The notes under the pieces are model-generated. The model was not told where the DNA came from. It made no database searches and was given only the letters and a program-made list of their open reading frames with translations. The position numbers and the translations under genes are program-made. Below are positions 44,337 to 48,471 of a stretch of 48,471 bases of DNA, one piece after another. Numbering within the stretch: position 1 is the stretch's first letter; every line of letters begins with the position of its first letter. Origin of the DNA: Candidatus Zixiibacteriota bacterium (GTDB taxonomy: Bacteria > Zixibacteria > MSB-5A5 > JAUVRN01); the NCBI GenBank assembly GCA_036745245.1, contig DAIOGN010000004.1, positions 1 to 48,471 of the forward strand, read 5' to 3'.

Positions 44337-45641
44337 ATGCGCAGAGCCACGTTGGCTCTATGGGTGGGCACGATGTACGTGCTGGTGATGCAGGTGTCGG
44401 TGATGGATCGTCTCTCCGGTTCGAAGCCGGGCCGGAACTCGACGATCGTGGCTTCGAGTATTTCTTCGGGGTACGCAGCTTTCGCGTTCGACAGGCACAG
44501 CCCGCCGTCCGGCCAGGACGACCCCGATTCTGTGCCTTCCGCTTTCTCCGCACTCCAGGGAACCGCGGATCCATGTGAAAGCGGCATCGCACTCAGCGAT
44601 CACGACGGCGACGAACACGATCCGCTCGGTCCGGGTTTGAATGGCGACGTCTTTGCCCTGACAGAATTCCAGGGGCGCTTGATTGCTGGAGGTGAGTTCA
44701 CGGCGGCAGGAAACGTCACCGTTCGCGGGATCGCTTCGTGGAATGGTCGCTGGTGGTCTCCTCTCGGCACGGGCGTCCATGGCATCGTCCTGGCGCTGAC
44801 CGAGTACGAGGGTCGTCTGATCGTGGGTGGATGGTTCGATTCGGCGGGTGATCGCAGCGCACCCTTCCTTGCCGCCTGGGACGGACAGGAATGGTGGCCG
44901 TTCGGCGCTGACTTTAACGACAAGGTGCTCGCCCTCGCAATGTACGATGACAAACTCGCCGTGGGCGGCACGTTTTGCCGCGCGGAGGGCGAGGGCGCGT
45001 GCGCAGTCGCTACCTGCCGTGATCCCGGTCTTGGCACGACTGACCACCGGGCGAACGGTCCTGTCGCTGCGCTGACTGTGTTCCGCGGACAGCTCATCGC
45101 GGGCGGCTGCTTCGATCACATCGGCGGCGTGGCCGCAAGTTGTGTGGCGGCCTGGGATGGCACCCGCTGGACTCCAGTGGGGGCCGGCCTTGACGGGCTT
45201 GTCACCGCGCTGGTGGTGTATGATGACTGCCTTTTGGCCGGCGGGCAGTTCACTCAGGCGGGAGATCTGCCGGTTGGTTACATCGCCGCCTGGGACGGCA
45301 CCGCATGGTCGAACTTCGGCACCCAAATGAACGACTACGTGTGCGATCTGATTACCTTCGACGGCAGACTGATCGCCGGCGGTCTCTTCACCATGGCGGG
45401 CGACACGCCAGCGGGCTACGTCGCCGAATGGACCGGCTGCGGCTGGTCGCCATTGGGCGCCGGGCTGGACGATTGGGTGCGCTGCCTTGTTGCCTTCGAC
45501 GGGGCGCTGTTCGCGGGCGGCTACTTCCACGAATCGGGCGGCCGAAACGTCAACCACGTTGCGATGTGGAATGGCACCAGCTGGATTGGCCTGGGTGGTG
45601 CGCAGAGGCCGTTGCCGGTTCTGGATATGGAGTCGGGGTAG
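44337..45641 (+). CDS. seven-blade beta-propeller repeat protein
   Basis: Seven ~46-48-aa repeats of the form V.AL..y.g.LiaGG.F..AG.......iAaWDG..W.plG.G. The third repeat is degenerate. Confidence 0.75.
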   Translation: MRRATLALWVGTMYVLVMQVSVMDRLSGSKPGRNSTIVASSISSGYAAFAFDRHSPPSGQDDPDSVPSAFSALQGTADPCESGIALSDHDGDEHDPLGPGLNGDVFALTEFQGRLIAGGEFTAAGNVTVRGIASWNGRWWSPLGTGVHGIVLALTEYEGRLIVGGWFDSAGDRSAPFLAAWDGQEWWPFGADFNDKVLALAMYDDKLAVGGTFCRAEGEGACAVATCRDPGLGTTDHRANGPVAALTVFRGQLIAGGCFDHIGGVAASCVAAWDGTRWTPVGAGLDGLVTALVVYDDCLLAGGQFTQAGDLPVGYIAAWDGTAWSNFGTQMNDYVCDLITFDGRLIAGGLFTMAGDTPAGYVAEWTGCGWSPLGAGLDDWVRCLVAFDGALFAGGYFHESGGRNVNHVAMWNGTSWIGLGGAQRPLPVLDMESG

Positions 45642-45832
45642 AAGTGCGCGTGCGGATCCCCAGGTTGAGGCTCAGAGCCTGCCCGCCGCCGGCGATCCTT
45701 TGCCCGTAAGCGGCGAATCGCATACACTGGCCACCGGTGCCCAGGGTTCTACTCTCGGGACCATTCAATTCGGTCGGGCACCGAATCCCGGCCGGCAGAG
45801 CGAGCAGAAACCATCACGCGGGACATGGAACC

Positions 45833-48471
45833 ATGCGTCAACTGATCAAGCCGCTTCTGACAATCACTCTCCTGTTCCATGCCTTAAATGCATGGCCGGC
45901 GGAGAAGAAAGACGACGATACCACCAAGGCCGAAGACACGTTCTCGGGTCTGAAGCTCAGGAACCTGGGTCCAGCCTTTATGGCGGGTCGAATCTCCGAC
46001 ATCGTCATCCATCCCCATGATGAGAACCAGTGGTACGTGGCCGTCGGCTCGGGCGGCATCTGGAAGACGGAGAATGCAGGCACAACGTGGAAACCGATTT
46101 TCGATGGTGAAGGGTCATACTCCATCGGCTGCATCACCATGGATCCGTCGAGTCCATCGGTGCTCTGGGTGGGCTCAGGTGAAAACGTGGGCGGTAGACA
46201 CGTGGCCTACGGCGACGGTGTGTACCGCAGCCGCGACGCAGGAGGCAGCTGGGAAAACCTGGGGCTGAAACTCTCCGAGCACATTTCCAGAATTGTGGTG
46301 CATCCCACGAACCCGCAGGTGGTGTGGGTGGCCGCGCAGGGGCCTTTGTGGTCGAAGGGCGGCGAGCGCGGGCTGTACAAAACAGCGGATGGCGGCAAGA
46401 CATGGAAGCGCACTCTGGGCGACGACGAATGGACCGGCGCTACGGACCTGGTGATGGATCCGCGCGATCCCAATCGGCTTTACTGTGCCACGTGGCAGCG
46501 GGGCAGGACCATCGCTGCTTACATGGCCGGTGGGCCGGGCTCGGGCATTCACCTGTCCACCGATGGAGGCGAAACCTGGGAGAAACTCAGTGGTGGATTG
46601 CCCGGCTCGAACATGGGAAAGATCGGGCTGGCCATATCGCCGCAGAATCCCGACGTGCTCTATGCGGCCATCGAGTTGGAGCGGCGCAAGGGAGCCGTGT
46701 ATCGGTCAGCCGACAGGGGTGCGTCGTGGCAGAAGGGCGCCGACGCCGTGGCCGGCGGCACGGGCCCGCATTACTACCAGGAACTGTACGCGAGCCCGCA
46801 TGAGTTCGACCGCATCTATCTCGCCGACGTGCGCATGCAGGTGTCGGGAGACGGCGGCAAGACCTTCACGCAGTTGAAAGAGGAGAATAAACACTCCGAC
46901 AATCACGCGATGGCTTTTCGTACATCGGATCCGGACTTTCTGCTGGTGGGCTCCGACGGCGGCATCTACGCGAGCTTCGACCTGGCTGAAACCTGGCGGT
47001 TTTTCCCCAACCTGCCGGTGACCCAGTTCTATAAAGTAGCCGTGGACGACGCCGAACCCTTCTACAACGTCTATGGCGGCACTCAGGATAACGCCACACA
47101 GGGTGGGCCTTCACGCACCGTGTGGACGCGTGGCATTCAGAACTCCGACTGGTGGCTCACCGTGGGCGGCGATGGCCACCAGCCCGCCACGGAGCCTGGA
47201 AACCCGAACATCGTCTACTCGGAATCGCAGGAGGGCTACCTGTCCCGCGTAGATGTAGCCACCGGCGAGCAGGTGTTGATCAGGCCGCAACCAGGAGCCG
47301 GCGAATCGTACGAGCGATACAACTGGGATTCGCCGATCCTGGTGAGCCCTCATTCACCGACCCGGTTGTACTATGCCTCGCATCGAGTGTGGCGATCGGA
47401 CAATCGAGGCGACAGCTGGACCGCCATTTCCGGAGACCTCACCAGGGCGCAGTCGAGGCTGAATTTGCCCATTATGGGACAGACCTGGGGTTGGGATGAA
47501 GGGTGGGATGTAGCAGCCATGTCCATGTACGGCTCTATCACGTCTCTGGCGGAGTCCCCGAAGCAGGAGGGTCTGCTGTACGCCGGAACGGATGATGGGT
47601 TGATTCAGGTGAGCGAGGATGGCGGCGCCCACTGGCGGAGAATCGATGTGACAAGTCTGCCGAAGGTGCCTGCCACGGCCTTCATCAACGACATTAAGGC
47701 TGACCTGCACGATGCGAACGCGGTGTATGTGGTGCTCGACAACCACAAGTCAGGCGACTTCGAACCGTACGTGGTGAAGAGCACCGACCGCGGCAAGAGC
47801 TGGAAGTCGATCCTCGGAAACCTGCCCGCGCGTACGCAGACGTGGCGGCTGGTGCAGGATCACGTCAAGCCCGGCCTGCTGTTTGTGGGGACCGAATTCG
47901 GGATGTACGTCACACTCGATGGTGGTACCAAGTGGAGCAAGTTGTCGGGCGATGTGCCCACCATATCGTTCCGGGACCTGGCCATTCAGAGGCGCGAGAA
48001 CGATCTGGTGGGGGCAACGTTCGGGCGTGGGTTTTACGTGCTCGATGATTACAGCGTGCTCCGCGACGTGTCCGACGCGCAGCTGGCTTCTGCTGCCACA
48101 CTGTTTGCGCCACGCAAAGCCTGGTGGTACATCCAGCGCGACATGGACGAAGCCCAGGGCGCCGATGATTATGCGGCCCCGAACCCGCCCTTTGGCGCCG
48201 TCTTTACGTACTATCTCAAGGAAGCGCTCAAGACCCGAAAGGACATGCGCAAGGAGAAGGAGAAAGATCTGCGCGAAGCCAAACAGCCCCTGTCTTTTCC
48301 GGGCTGGGACAGCCTGGAGACGGAGCGAAGGCAGGATGCGCCGCAGATGTGGCTAACGGTTCGCGACGCCCAGGGCACGGTGGTGCGACGTCTCGAAGGA
48401 ACCAACTCTAAGGGCTTTCAGCGCGTGACGTGGGATCTGCGCTTCCCAGCGGAAGACGCCATTGCCACTCA
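45833..48471 (+). CDS. sortilin/VPS10-like BNR (Asp-box) repeat protein, C-terminus off the right edge
   Basis: Frame open from ATG 45833 to the window end, so not in the ORF track. Has a signal peptide. Repeated S.D.G.TW Asp-boxes (SRDAGGSWE, TADGGKTWK, STDGGETWE, SADRGASWQ, SGDGGKTF, SEDGGAHW, STDRGKSWK, TLDGGTKWS). Confidence 0.85.
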   Translation, partial: MRQLIKPLLTITLLFHALNAWPAEKKDDDTTKAEDTFSGLKLRNLGPAFMAGRISDIVIHPHDENQWYVAVGSGGIWKTENAGTTWKPIFDGEGSYSIGCITMDPSSPSVLWVGSGENVGGRHVAYGDGVYRSRDAGGSWENLGLKLSEHISRIVVHPTNPQVVWVAAQGPLWSKGGERGLYKTADGGKTWKRTLGDDEWTGATDLVMDPRDPNRLYCATWQRGRTIAAYMAGGPGSGIHLSTDGGETWEKLSGGLPGSNMGKIGLAISPQNPDVLYAAIELERRKGAVYRSADRGASWQKGADAVAGGTGPHYYQELYASPHEFDRIYLADVRMQVSGDGGKTFTQLKEENKHSDNHAMAFRTSDPDFLLVGSDGGIYASFDLAETWRFFPNLPVTQFYKVAVDDAEPFYNVYGGTQDNATQGGPSRTVWTRGIQNSDWWLTVGGDGHQPATEPGNPNIVYSESQEGYLSRVDVATGEQVLIRPQPGAGESYERYNWDSPILVSPHSPTRLYYASHRVWRSDNRGDSWTAISGDLTRAQSRLNLPIMGQTWGWDEGWDVAAMSMYGSITSLAESPKQEGLLYAGTDDGLIQVSEDGGAHWRRIDVTSLPKVPATAFINDIKADLHDANAVYVVLDNHKSGDFEPYVVKSTDRGKSWKSILGNLPARTQTWRLVQDHVKPGLLFVGTEFGMYVTLDGGTKWSKLSGDVPTISFRDLAIQRRENDLVGATFGRGFYVLDDYSVLRDVSDAQLASAATLFAPRKAWWYIQRDMDEAQGADDYAAPNPPFGAVFTYYLKEALKTRKDMRKEKEKDLREAKQPLSFPGWDSLETERRQDAPQMWLTVRDAQGTVVRRLEGTNSKGFQRVTWDLRFPAEDAIAT

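Overview
High-GC bacterial chromosomal fragment with no rRNA, tRNA, CRISPR or transposase/integrase genes. All calls come from reading the sequence and recognising motifs by eye; no searches were run. T9SS-type C-terminal domains, a TonB-receptor/DUF4249 pair and dockerin-like modules suggest an uncultured FCB-superphylum-like or Gemmatimonadota-like organism (inference only).

Left to right:
- Minus-strand imino-acid catabolic island: P5C dehydrogenase, oligopeptidase B and a translationally coupled four-gene hydroxyproline pathway.
- mgtE.
- TonB receptor, DUF4249 lipoprotein and a large T9SS-type secreted protein.
- DUF502 protein plus a three-gene RND efflux operon.
- An A/T-richer envelope/stress region (26.3-37.4 kb) in three parts. 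First: an ice-binding-like protein, a Gly-zipper lipoprotein, an lmo0937-like and a DUF3185-like small membrane protein, and an M48 protease. Second: a GH130 + GT4-fusion pair. Third: a NarL/LuxR response regulator with an 18-bp tandem repeat, a sigma-region-4-only protein, a second lmo0937-like/lipoprotein pair and a K/Q-rich microprotein.
- A four-gene corrinoid methyltransferase operon.
- A dockerin-tagged multihaem cytochrome, a 7-blade propeller protein and a sortilin/BNR-like protein running off the right edge.

Most interesting:
1. A 61-nt intergenic element present three times (26398, 27838, 34991). It has promoter-like geometry and a 20-bp palindrome, and sits next to the response regulator.
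2. The MttB / corrinoid protein / MetH-reactivation / homocysteine-methyltransferase operon. It looks like a disassembled MetH whose folate module is replaced by a quaternary-amine methyltransferase.
3. Two related long palindromes filling convergent gene junctions.
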